This document shows positions 35,221-48,200 of a stretch of 64,000 nt of DNA, in pieces (position 1 is the first letter of the stretch; each line of letters starts with the position of its first letter). Source of the DNA: Marsupella aquatica (Eukaryota > Plantae > Marchantiophyta); assembly GCA_973895155.1 (NCBI GenBank), contig OZ316897.1, forward strand, positions 20,277,224 to 20,341,223, given 5' to 3'. The notes beneath the pieces were generated by a model. It searched no databases and had not been told where the DNA came from. It saw only the letters and a list, made by a program, of their open reading frames with translations. Position numbers and translations under genes: made by a program.

Positions 35221-35958
35221 AAATCAAATAATAATACACTTTTAATGAATAGGCTGATACCCCCATACATGCAAGTTGGCAACCAACAACCCAAACAGAC
35301 TGCCTGGCCTCTTAAATGGCCCCTTGTGCCCCCTTTGCTCGAGGGAGAAAATTCCACCACACAACAACCAGCCCAAAACAGATTGTATGACCTCCTCATA
35401 AACAAAGGCTGTCTCCACCCTCCAATTTTTTAAAACATTAAACGAGGTGAAATCCCTTAAAAGAGGGGGAAAATGTTTACTTCTTTCTTTGTTGCATGCC
35501 TTAAGAATTAACTAAGAAAACACTCTCCTTGGCTCCTCCTAATCGTCCATCAGTGTCATACTCATTGTGTCTTACCTGGTACCTAGTGTAGGACTTGCAC
35601 TATCTTCCTGTCCCAGATGTAGATTTAGTCATACCAGATGTACCCAGGATATCAATTGCACTCCCTAGAAGTATTCTTACACACTAGCTCAATACCCGTG
35701 CGTTGGACAAAGATACCGTGAAACAAAGATGTCGTGTTGCCCAAGATGTCGTTAAGGAAAAAGATGTCATTAAGAGCAGAGATGTTGTGTTGCCCAAAAA
35801 ATGATGCAAACCTTTATTATATGAGTTAATGTTGTCAAATGTGGTTGTCCCTTTATATATGTATCCCTAAACCCTATCACACCAGCCAAGATTAGTTTGA
35901 CCCCCAACCCCTTCAGTTGTTATCTCATCCAGATATATATTTAATTTTTCCAAGTATA

Positions 35959-38900
35959 TGTGAGAATATGAATGAGAATGAGTCATGTATAGTCCGTGGC
36001 GGTTGGTACATATAATGGTGCCGGTCCGGTGACTGGCTGATCCGGTCGTCCGGTCACCAGATAGAGTTTAACACTCCCTTTTGGATATATAGTGACAACT
36101 ATATAGACAATATAAACTATACCTATTATATCATGTTCATAGGGAATACATGATATAAGTACAGGCGAGGTAGACTGCCTCGTTAAAAAACCTTTATCAA
36201 CTCTAGCTTAGTAAAAACTCTACCAGTGTAGCAGAGAAAAAATATGAGTGCTAAAGGAAAAAGAGTGTAGCCTAACAGTCCTCGTTGTTATAAATGTCAA
36301 TATTAAATAAAGTTAGATGCTATAGTAAATCTAGTTTTAACATCTGTCTTATCAGTGGGTTGTCGGCATTGTGTCATCAGCAGCATCAATCGTCATGTGG
36401 AGTAGCAGCTTCCACGGTCATCATGCGTTGCATGCTCCGTAGTCCAATCGCCTGGCAGTATCGGTGATGAACTGATGGTGATAGTGATTTGGTGAAGAGA
36501 TCCGCACAGTTGTCTGCACTTGAAATCTGCAGAATGTTGATCTCTTTTCCATGTAACTCGTGGGTGTAGAAAAACTTCGGAGCTATATGCTTCACGTGGT
36601 CGCCTTTGATGAATCCTTTCGTGATCTATTGTATACATGCTGCGTTATCCTCAAAAATGTTAGTAGGCTTCGTTAGTGGTGGTAGGCCGCATTTGGTGTT
36701 GATGTGATTTATAAAGGATCGTAACCAAACGGCTTCACGACTAGCCTCATGTAGAGCTAAAATCTCTGAGTGATTCGATGAGGTTGCTGTTAGGGTCAGT
36801 TTCACGCTTTTCCAAGAAAAAGCGATACCCCCTATGGTAAAGACATATCCAGTCTGAGATTTTGCGGTATCAGTGTCGGAGAGATATCCGGCGTCCGCAT
36901 ATCCTATGAGCTCGTGGTTTGCACCGAATGGGTAAAATAGCCCGGTATCGGTGGTTCCACGTAGATATCTAAATACGTGCTTAACTCCATTCCAGTGTCT
37001 GGCTATGGGAGTTGCACTATGTCTGGCTAGTAAGTTAACGGCAAATGCAATGTCTGGCCTGGTTTGATTTGCTAGGTACATTAATGCTCCTATTGCAGAA
37101 AGATACGGGGTTTCTGGTCCTAGTAGTGGTTCATGTTCTTCGCACTTGCAAAAAACATCAGTGTTGTTTTCTAATGAACGTACAACCATTGGTGACGTCA
37201 ATGGGTGTGCTAGGTTCATATTGAACTGTTTTAGGATCTTTTCAGTTTGTGTTGTCTGATGGAGCATCATGCCAGTGGGTAGGATCTCTAGTTGTAATCC
37301 TAAGCAAAAGTTTGTATGTCCAAGGTCTTTCATCTCAAATGTTGATTTAAGACTAGTAATAGTATCTTCTGTAATTTGGGGTGTCCCAAATATATTTAAG
37401 TCATCAACATAAATAGAAATGATGACATATTCATCATCCACATGTTTAATAAATAAACATGGTGTACTGGCATCATGGGAAAAACCCATGGCAATCATTT
37501 CATCAGTAAATCTTTGATACCATACTCTGCCACTTTGTTTCAGGCCATACAATGCCTTCAACACGCGGATAGCTGGTCCACGGCGAGTATTCCGTACGGT
37601 TGACACAACGGTGTCGTTATTATGAGTTACATGTGTAGATGACACATGAGGTGTAACTTGAGATAATTGTGTTATAATCTTATGTAAGTATGAGATATGC
37701 GATTTAGCGCCTTGAGCTAAGCCTCGGCGTCGTTGCTCCAACTCGGGAGGTGATTGCATGTATAGACAAGTGTCTAATGTTCCATATAGATATGCAGTTG
37801 CAACATCCAATTGTCGCATCTGTAATTGATGGAAAATGGCAAATCCGATAAGGTATCTGAATGTTGTGCTATCCATAACCGGTGAATAGGTTTCATCGTA
37901 ATGAATTCCCGGTTGTTGTGTAAATCCTTTCCCTACCAGACGTGCTTTGTAGCGTACAACTTGGCCTTTATCATTTCTTTCGCGGACGAATGTCCACTTG
38001 TAGCCAATGAGATGATTGTACGTCTTGCAGTGTTGGCTCGACTGGGCCAAAAGTGTGTCTGCTTAGTAGGGAATCTAATTCTCCGTTTATAGCTTTTTGC
38101 CATTCAGGCCAATCTGGTCTGTTTTGACATTCTAAGATAGATATTGGTTTGGGTGTCTCGTTAGTGATATGTGTTGCCACCATTAATGCAAAAGCATCAT
38201 CTATTGAAGTAGTATTTCTATCCCACATCGTACCGGTGTGTGCGTAGTGGATAGAGATCTCTTCATGAGTTGTGGATTCGGTATGATCGACATCAGGTGA
38301 AGGTGGTAGAGATGAACCACGCCTTCTTGGTTGTTTATCCTTTGATCCCAAGGGTCTGCCACGTTTGGTACGAGGCTGGGATGTATTTGCTGGCTCACTT
38401 GATAATTCGATGCGAGCAGATGCTCTCGCAGCTGGAATATGTGAGCGGGTAATTTGTGATGTATCGACAAAAGCGTTTGGAAGTTCTTCCACAATCTTGT
38501 GGAGTTGCAAAATTCACTGAACTTCTTTCTCCCCTTGATTGGTTCCAAGGTCTTGCCAAAATGGCGAATGTCTTTCCCACTCCAAAGGTGGTTGTGGTTG
38601 TGGGGTTATTAATGGTGGATAAACATGTTCATCAAAATGGCAATCTAGGAATCTGGATTTAAAAACGTCGCCAGTTGTTGGCTCCATATATCAGATTATG
38701 GACGGAGAGTCAATTCCGATGTATATCCCCAACTATCATTGGGGTCCCATCTTGGTTCGTTTGGGTGGAGTAATGGGGACCATTACTTGACATCCAAATG
38801 AACGAAGATGTGATAGGTCAGGTTTGATACCATTAGCAATTTGGTATGGGCTATAGGTATTAAAAGCCGATGGGCGGTATTGAATTAATGCATTAGCCTG

Positions 38901-41900
38901 TAATATGGCATGTCCCCATGCTGAGACGGGGAGTTTCGATTGCATTAGTAGTGGGCGTGCAATGAGCTGAAGGCGTCTAATGACAGCTTCACCTAATCCA
39001 TTTTGGAAATGCACGTGGGGTACAGGATATTGTACGTCGATGCCAAGTGATGTACAAAAGTCATCAAATGTTTCAGATGTGAATTCCCCTGCGTTGTCCA
39101 CCCTTAGTGTCTTAATGGGGTGATCTGGGAATTGTGCCTTCACGCGCAGGATTTGCGCCAAGATGCGAGGCATCACCATGTTCCTCGTTGAAAGCAGGGT
39201 CACATTTGACCATTTAGTTGATGCGTCGATTAATACCATAAAGTAGCGGAAAGGTCCGCTTGGAGGGTTAATTGGCCCGCAAACATCTGCATGGATGATT
39301 TCCAAAAATTTGGGTATGTTGGTTGGCAATTTTGATGTCGTGGGCCTTGTTATTAATTTGACGCGTGAGCATGCAGTGCATGGGGTGCTAGCTAGAATGT
39401 GGCGTGTATTGATTGGAATGCCACTTGAATTCTTAATGATTTTTCTTAGCATTGATTGGCCGGGGTGGCCAAGGCGTGCATGCCAACGCGCGGGCAATTC
39501 ACTTGTATGAGCATTGTTGTGTAGGCATTCAATATGAGTTACATAAAACCCGCAGGGGTACGAGAAAAAGGTTTCTTTAATAATTTTTCCCGTAGGGGTA
39601 TTTTCAACCAAGTCTATCACTTCCTGATCTTTGGTATCGACATGTAGTTCGTTCGCTCGTATATCTCTAAAACTGAGGAGATTACGGGTTGCATTCGGGG
39701 CAAAAATAGCAGATTCTATGTGGATAGCTGTACCCTACGGAAGTCTAATGGAAGCTGGGCTGAAACCCTCTTCTATTTGGCTAGGGCCATTGATAGTGGT
39801 TAGGGATTGACGTGAGGGTGTGATCTTGTAAAAAAGGTGTCGATCCCTAAGGATAGTGTGCGTAGTTGCACTATCTATAATACATGTGCTGTGACTATTT
39901 AGATCTAGGGTTGTGGAGCTACTTGCCACTAAGTGTGCCTCGGGTTGGGCAGGTAGATCTGAAAAGTCTTGGAATGGGTCGCTACACTCCATAAACACCC
40001 CGTGGGTTTCACGGGGTGGTGCCCTAGAGTTTTGTCCGTCCTTGAGGGATCGTTGATATAGTTCTTTAAGGTGTTGCGGGATTCTACAGTTTCTAGCTAG
40101 GTGGTTTGTCATGCCACATGTATGGCATTTCGGGCGTTCCCGTTATTGTCGAGATTGTGACCAATCATTTCGGCGGTTGTTGCTACATGTTCTTCCACCG
40201 CCACGTCCGCCGTGTCCACCTCGTCCTCCGCGTCCGCCACGTCCATCGCGTCCCCCATGTCCTCCGCGTCCACTAAAGGTCCGTCGGAAATTGTGTTGTG
40301 CGCGTTGGTTAAAGAAACTCCCCTTCTTGGGGTTGTTTCTATGGTTGCCATTCCTACTGCGCTTAATGCCTTGCCTTGATGTGGATGGTTCAGCGGTATC
40401 GATAAGATGTGTTTCACTCTGTGATTCTGAGGGCAGTGTGCCCACAAGACGTTTTCTAGAGTTAACTAAAAGGAGTTCTTGGTTTCTCTCTGTGACTAGA
40501 AGGTGGGCTATGAGCTCGGAGTATTGCCCGAACTTCATGTTTCGATACTGTATTGATAGCAACACATTCGATGAATGAAATGTCAACAAGGTCTTCTCTA
40601 GCAGATCCTTGTCTGTGACCGGCTCGCTACATAGTGCAAGGGTTGAGGTTATTCTAAAGAGTTTGCTATTGTAGGCTGAAATAGAGGTAAAGTCCTGGAC
40701 TCGTAGGTTTAGCCAGTCTTGCCTGGCTTTAGGTAGTTCGACCAGTTTTTGGTGGTCGAATCGGGTTTGGAGCACTGTCCAAAGTTCACGAGGGGTTGAG
40801 AGGTGCATGTATTGTCTTTGTAGGAATCTATGGATATGGCGTCTAAGGAATACAAGGGCCTTAGATTCGTTGGCTTTAGTTAATGGGTCTGGTTGGGGTT
40901 CGCCAGCTAGTATAGGTTGAGCCATCCCTATAGCTGGGAGTAGGGTTAGCGAGGTAAGGTTCTCTCTGAGGTTCATTGACCATTCCAGGTAGTTGCTACC
41001 ATCGATGTCTAGGGCTGGAAATGTTAATTTCTCTAGGTTGGTCATCGGGTTGGTGGCTTGATTCCTTTTAATGGTAATGGAGGCTTATATACTAGCAAGT
41101 ATAGTAAGAAACGACAAAGCACATTTCTGCGGCATGCAAAGTGGGGCTGGGTGGAGAGAGCATGCAAATCCGGAATTCAATTTTAGGGTTTGCACTTAGG
41201 ATTTAGGTTTTCCTTGCTATTTGGTTAACTGCAAATTTTCCTTTGTATTTGCTTTTTCCTTTGTTAAACTATGCAGTAATGGAATTGTGCAATTTGTGCA
41301 GTTATGGGTGGTAATATACTCTTGCCTTGGTTAAGTGCACATGTAGCTTTTGTAAAGTAAATTTTTCTTGGTTACGGTGTGCAGTTATGCAGATGTGCGC
41401 TTAGGTTTTGCAGTTATGGTTAAGTGCAAATTTGCCTTTGTAACTGAAATCTCTTTGACAGAGTTTGCACTTAAAGAGGGTTTGCGGTTATGTGCGGTTA
41501 TGGATCGTGCACTTAGCGGATTTCGATCTTTCTTCCACGTTTTGTCGATGTATCCGGCAGCGATGTTGCGCTTTCTCCCGAGCTTGGCCTGCTCGTGCGC
41601 TTCTGCTGCTATCTTCACGTTCTCCGCTTCAAATTCTTCTCTCGCTTTCCTTATGCTGCTTTCAATTCCGCCTTCTTCTCTTATCTCTTTATATCAGTTG
41701 CTTCAATGTCGGGGCTCTCATTCTTATGGTGTCCCTTTTGAATTCCTTCAACGAGTTGTGACAGCATCGGCTGTCTTCGGCTTCAGGTTTCTACTCGCTC
41801 TTGGTTTTACCTGCTTCTCTTCTCACTGTATCTTCCCCTCGCTAAGTCGAAGTCCTGGGGCCGATGCTGCTTTCAGTCTTTCTATTCCTTCTATTTTATG

Positions 41901-42700
41901 TCACTTTTGCATCGATCTGGCTACCCTACAGGTTTGCAATTCCCAGAAAATTTGAGTCTATTCTGCTTCTTGCTTCCAGGCTGATCTTCCGTGCGACATC
42001 GGGCATTCGCGCCCCCTATCTCCTCCGATTTTTGGGATTTCTTAGACTGCAAGAGATCCGATTACGATTTCCTATCTCCTTCTCTCTTTGATAATTTGAG
42101 TTTGCTGAGGGGTATCGCTGCTTCTTCTTTCTATTGCGGGCTTCCTTCTTTTCGATGTCTCTTCTTTGCATAAAAGAAATCTAATCTCAAGTGAATTCTG
42201 CGAGCGTTTCTCCTTCTACGGCCTCAAGACCATCCTGGCGCTCTTCCTGCTAGATCATTGCACATTTGTCAGGTTTTTGCCTAGCTCGTGCGCCTCTTCA
42301 TCGTGGTGTCCTTAGCCAATCCTGTTCAATTTTTGGGGTCTCCTCAATTTTCGAAAGTTCTTATGGCCTCCTCATTGTCTTTTCTTCCCTCTGTCCTTAT
42401 CTTCTCTTTTGCTATTCAATTTTTCCTCTCAATCTCCTTAGCCCTTGCTCAAGTAAAAATGAGACGTGCATACTCCAGTGCCAATCACGCTGTATCCATT
42501 CGGCATAAAAAAAATTTCACAATCTTCCATGGTCTGTTCTCTCCTTTCTTCTTGGCTCCGCTGGTAAGTCCTCGTGCTGATAACGTGTGAGAATATGAAT
42601 GAGAATGAGTCATGTATAGTCTGTGGCGGTTGGTACATATAGTGGTGCCGGTCCGGTGACTGGCTGATCCGGTCGTCCGGTCACCAGGTAGAGTCTAACA
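35959..42700 (-). mobile_element. Ty1/copia LTR retrotransposon, Bianca-like, decayed
   Basis: 115-bp TG..CA LTRs at 35959-36073 and 42586-42700 (4 differences). TSD GTATA on both sides. PBS cgttatcagcacgag and PPT aaaagggag on the minus strand. Gag begins MTNLEKLTFPALDIDGSNYLEW. Confidence 0.95.
36386..41045 (-). pseudogene. Bianca-like copia gag-pol with stops and frameshifts
   Basis: CHTCGMTNHLARNC knuckle, IIDSATTHTIL protease, WHARLGHPG / HADVCGP / LRVDNAGEF integrase, LYGLKQSG / YVDDL RT, KHIAPKFF / ADLFTK RNase H. Confidence 0.95.
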
Positions 42701-44880
42701 GTATATTTATTTTCATAAAATGATTTCATATGAGTACCAAGGGGAATGGGTGTGTACACTCTCCTTGCATTGCATGCACATGAGGAGTACATTGGGGCAA
42801 GGTCAATACAAATAAGACAATGGAGGGATTGGATACAGAGTGTAGTTGCAAGTACAATGAGGATGTCAAAAGGAAGCAATGTACTTGCTAAAGTGATGAG
42901 GAATATCAAGAAAGATTCTTCTTTTTGTCGTGGCTTTATTTTTATTTGTCCTCTTAGCTTTGCTTGCTTGTTTGAGTTATTTCACTTGGCATGGAAAAAA
43001 GGTAAATTTTGAATCACGACCACTTCAAAACATGGCGCAACCCTTTACTATAGGAGTTAATTTGTCTAAGCTTGTAGTCTGCCCTCTTTTCTGACAATCC
43101 CACAGTCCAAAAAACTGACTTTAAAAACTGCTATGGCCATCATGTATTCTTGCGAAAACCAGTGTGCAACTGGGCCAGGCAGGATTCTGTATGGTAAAGA
43201 AAAATATACCTTTCTTAGTGCTCCAGGGTGTGTCGCAATGGTGTGCATGGCTGTTGGGAATTCATTTAAAGGTACAGGGTTCATATCCAAGCTTGACCAA
43301 TGTTTGCTCCTCTGGTGTCATATTCAAACTGGAAAATTAATTAATAATGGGGCCAAGGAAATAATTTCCAAAATAATTGAAAGGGGTGACTTGAAACTTA
43401 CATATGATAAAAAATAAATGAAAAACCTAGAAGGGGCTTTACCACCAAATTCATATGGATGAAAATACAAAAGGAAAGCCTTTCATAGGACAAACGAAAA
43501 CCTAAATAATAACAGTCAAAATCTATACATTCTGAGTGCAGCAAATGGCTTGTCAATAAGGAAACTTCATATATATATCTGATTGTACTTCTTGTCTTTG
43601 TGCACTTGTAATGCTTGTATCGTAAGTCAGGTGCAGCTCTATTGCAGAATCCAGTGGTTTAGAGAACATTTTTCAGATGGTCTGACTAATCAAGAGTTTA
43701 GTAAACTCGTCTAATAGCAGGATGGACTACAGTAGCTAAACTCACTCTTCCATCTAATTGGGTCAAATATATGCGGAGCAGTCACTTTTATGGTCATGAC
43801 CTCATTTGAAGGTAATGACTCGGGTGGCACTGTGGTAACGTGGGAGAAACAATCGGGGTTCCAACCCATTCAGCAAGAGCTACATGCAAAAACCCAAGCA
43901 GGGAGTCGCACCCAAGACCTGACACATGTTCAATGCCTTTGCAAAACGACTGCATAGGGTCTGCTGTGAGCGCCTTGCACAATAAGAGCAAAACCAAAAA
44001 AGCACCGTAAGCTTATGAGTGCCTGAACACATCAATTGGAAGAAGTACATTGAATTTCATTGACACAGGATTGTGGGAGAAAACTGAGCTAATCTCACAC
44101 GCACAAGTCGTTGGCAGCTTTCGCGTATCACTTGGGTATGCTATGGTTGCCTGGAAATCCTCCTTAGTTTGGACAATCGAATCTTCCTCTTCAATTCTCA
44201 TCAGCCTCCACAACAATTCCTGCCTGCTCTCTCAATATCCTTACTCACTGCCTTTCATATCCTCCAAAATTCAGTGCAACTCCAACATCAAAATCATGAA
44301 ACGGAGGCTCTTCTCCCTGCGAAGTACCTCACCACAGACAACTTGTTACGTCTGACGAAAGTAAGGCTGTTACAGTATAGAACCTTTAGGAAGGCCAGGT
44401 GAAGTTTACATGTTAAATTTAAATAAATTATTTATGACATTATTTTTATATTCAAAAAGTAAAAATAATTAGATTCCAATGGGATGATTTCTACCACTTA
44501 CTCTTTGTTGTTTGGGATGTCAAGCTTGGATTTTCCCTCCTTTTTATGGTTTCCGGGTCTACCCATTTTTTCTTGGGTCATGACAAACACCAGCACTAGT
44601 GTTTGTTTGTCACTGCCAACTTGGTCATTTGTGTCTCAGGGGTCTCACAATATGGAGGCCTCCCCAGACATTTGTAGGCCGCAGACCCCCTAGATGTAAG
44701 TTTTTTTTTCTTCAATTTTTTAACTCCTATAGAGTTGGAATGTTCCAAAATTTTGATTAAAAATACATCAATATTCTTATAAGTCTCAAAATTAGATTTA
44801 AAATACTTTATCGTTCTTCTATTAAAATTCTTAACTCTTTTCTTAGAACCAATAAATTGACCCTAACATTCATTACAGAT

Positions 44881-44955
44881 AATGTGCCATTTTTGTGAAA
44901 GTGAAACCCCCAAGGTTTAATGTGCCATTTTTGTGAAAGTGAAACCCCCAAGGTT
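44881..44955. repeat. Perfect two-copy tandem duplication with a 38-bp period
   Basis: aatgtgccatttttgtgaaagtgaaacccccaaggtt appears twice. Confidence 0.9.
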
Positions 44956-45275
44956 CGTGTTTACAGCGGAAATGGCTGACATGGCCATACATGATGCCAA
45001 GAAGTTTGCAAAGCACTTATTATGAGGGTCCACAATTGAGGTGCATGGCCTCTACCCTGTCCCAAAGTCTGGTGCACTGTGCTAGGCCTAGGCTTTTGCG
45101 CCAGTCGGACACGCTCCTGGTCACCCCTTGCTTCTTTCTCCCTCCCCATCAAGAGACTATTTTGTCCATCTAGAGCCTGGCTTTGCTCCGTAATCATGAC
45201 GGTAGCTTTAATTCAGCTGAGTCTCTCCTCACCAGGGCAGGTCTCCAGTTCTCAAACTGAGTGTCCCCCGTGTGC

Positions 45276-48200
45276 TCATTCACAAGGGCATTTTCTCCGG
45301 TAACAGGGTCCTTTACGCCGTTTCTCTGTACAGCCAAAATGATGTTCATCGGACTGAATCCAGCCTAATCCTTGCAGTACAGAGTCAGAAAGGAATCGAC
45401 ACGCATGAACATGTAGCGTGAATCCCTCCGTCGGAGCTATTTGGCAGGAATGCTCCGGTGCTGCCGCTCTTCTCGTATGAGTGCTTCTGTCTCCATGAGG
45501 CCAGAAGTTCGTTCCCAAACTATCGGGAACACTCTTCAAACTCTTGCATTTCTGAAGTATCACAAGTCTCAGGGATGACATGCGCCCTAAACTGTCCGGA
45601 AGGGTCTCTACATTTCCACAACAGAGCACCCGAAGGATTTCTAGAGACCCAAGGTTACCAAGTTCTTCCGGTAAACTCCTGAGCAATCTCGATGCAACAT
45701 ACAGTTTCTTCAGCGCTTGAAGCTGCCCTATCCTCACCGGGACTCGTTGCAACCTATCCACCCATATCTGCAAAACTTGCAGTGAAGATAGGTCCCCCAA
45801 ACTGTCCGGTAGCTCCTCAAGCTCTTCAACCTTGCATATCGTTAACGTCTTCAGAGCCGAGAGCTGGCCGAAATTATCTGGCAATCTTGCCAATTTGCTG
45901 CAGCCGCCCAACATCAGTTCTTGCAGGGCAGAGAGACGACCAAAACTCTCGGGCAGTCTCACAAGACTTCGACACTTAGACAGATTCAGCGACACCAGCG
46001 AGACTAAATTCCCAAATTCATCGGATAGCGCCTCCAGCTCCAGGGCGGCTCGTATGCTCAATTGTTCAAGAGCCTGGAGTTGGCCGAAATTGTCAGATAA
46101 TCTCTGTAACCTGTAACACTTTTGTAGGTCTAATTTTTTCAAGGCCGAGAGATTCCCGAAACTGTCCGGTAGCTCCTCAAGCTCGTCAGCCCCGTCTATC
46201 CTTAACGTCTTCAGAGCCGAGAGCTGGCCGAAATTATCTGGCAATCTTGCCAATTTGCTGCAGCCGCCCAACTTCAGTTCTTGCAGGGCAGAGAGACGAC
46301 CAAAACTCTCGGGCAGTCTCACAAGACTTCGACAGTTAGATAGATTCAGCAACACCAGCGAGACTAAATTCCCAAATTCATCGGATAGCGCCTCCAGCTC
46401 CCAGGCCGCTCGTATGGTCAATTGTTCAAGAGCCCTGAGTTGGCCGAAATTGGCAGGTAACCTCTGTAAGTTGGAGCAGTTTAGTAGTTCTAAGTTTTCC
46501 AAGGCCGAGAGATTTCCGAAACTCGCCGGCAATCTTCCAAGACGCTCACAGCCATGTAGTTCTAATTTTTTCAAGGCCGAGAGATTCCCGAAACTCGCCG
46601 GCAACCTTCCAAGACGCTCACAGCCATCGAGATGCAAATATGTGAGGGCAAATAAATTCCCGAAGCTTTCAGGTAGGCCCTCCAGGTTCTCTGCCCCTTC
46701 TATCTTCAAGCTTGTCAGAGCCCTGGATTGGCCAATACTTTCCGGCAGCGTCTTTAGTTGCGGACAATTAAACAGGTGAAGTTCTTGCAAGGACAAAAGA
46801 CTCTCAAAACTGGCAGGCAGCCTCTCTAGACTGACACACGCTTTTAGAGATACAGATGTCAGGGAACATAAGTTCTCATGTCTCACTTCTGTAGGCTCTT
46901 GACAGCTCAGCCTCCGGCAATCCGCGATGCGCAACTCTTTCAGCGAGGAGAGGTGCCCGAAGGATTCGGGCAGACTTGCAAGCCCGCCGCATTTAAGAAT
47001 GTCTAATGTTGCCAGGGAAGAGAGACTCCCAAAAGATTCGGGCAAACTTGCAAGCCTGCCACAATAACGAATTTCTAATGATGCCAGGGAAGAGAGACTC
47101 CCAAACGATTCGGGCAACCTTGCAAGCCGCCCACAATCACGAATGACTAATGATGCCAGGGAAGAGAGACTCCCAAACGATTCGGGCAAACTTGCAAGCC
47201 TGCCACAATCACGAATGACTAACGATGCCAGGGAAGAGAGATTCCCAAAAGCCTCCGGCAGCTCCACAAGTTCTGGCATCTGCCGTAAGACCAAATGTTT
47301 GAGGTCCGCTAGGTTGCCGAAAGAAGGCCACAGTCCTGTCCAGCTGACGTTAGTCAACTCCAACCATTTCAGTTTGTACAGTTGACTGAAATTGTCCGGC
47401 AGACGGGAATGGCCGGATATATTAGAGAGCCATAAAATTCTTAGGTTCGAGAGCTTCCCCAATGCCTCAAGACTTTCCTCCGGGATCTCCCAGCCTTCAA
47501 GCTGTAAGACAGCTAGTTTTGTCATGTCCTCCAGACTGTGAGGGAGGACACGGAGTTTTTTCATGTCCTCCAGACTGTTAGGGAGGACGCCGGTGGGAAA
47601 AGTAGTGCTTTTCAGTAAGCAAAGCTTCCTTGATAAGGTGTCGATGCACCCTTCTTGTAAATCCCGCACCTGCAAATACTTTAGTACCTGAAACTCTGGC
47701 ATTAGAGAGGGGTTTTTTAACATTTCCTCCGAGTCTTGCACAGTAACTGTCTGTACTTGCACCTGTTGAAAAAAGTACAAGTTAGATTAGACCTTCTTGT
47801 GCCGAAAAGGTTCAATACTTAAGCATCGCATAAATGTAAACAGATATTGCATGACACTAACGACTTAATTATAATTCTTTCAGAAACATAATTCGGGAAT
47901 CTATCGCTTCCAAGAAAACTCTACAAAGTCTTGGCATTTACTTCATCAAACTGCATACTAAGACATAACCGACACTTATTTTGGTCTCAAAGTTTCTGGT
48001 TCAGTACTTACCGCATTTGGATTGAGAACATCCACTGCCCCCTGGGAGAGATGATTGGCCAAATCACGCAGGTGTTCGTGCACCCACACTTGCTTGTACT
48101 TGATCCACGTCCATCCTGTCATGTCAACTTCCTTGACCATGGATGTCCTCAGCAAGTTGGCCCACCCGGATTCTGAATCTCCAAAAGCAGTGCTCCAAGC

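Larger units (their letters stand above)
19958..35258. mobile_element. 15.3-kb TIR DNA transposon with cargo genes (Sola/DUF7869-like DDD transposase)
   Basis: Left end atcaacctattcattaaaagtgtatt (19958-19983) and right end aatacacttttaatgaataggctgat (35233-35258) are 26-bp inverted repeats with 1 mismatch. ACCC flanks both ends (19954-57, 35259-62). Subterminal aaatgtacactt motifs at both ends. Internal transposase. Confidence 0.88.

Noticed and set aside
40113-40145. Apparent gag/pol separation in the Bianca-like element
   Set aside because: The TAA lies upstream of the zinc knuckle and the frame continues, so it looks like a nonsense mutation.
41368-42590. Plus-strand hydrophobic ORFs in the Bianca leader (possible env-like or antisense gene)
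   Set aside because: Low-complexity pyrimidine-rich sequence with no recognisable motif.
43790-44400. Possible decayed coding remnant
   Set aside because: Short frames with stops and no motif I can assign.
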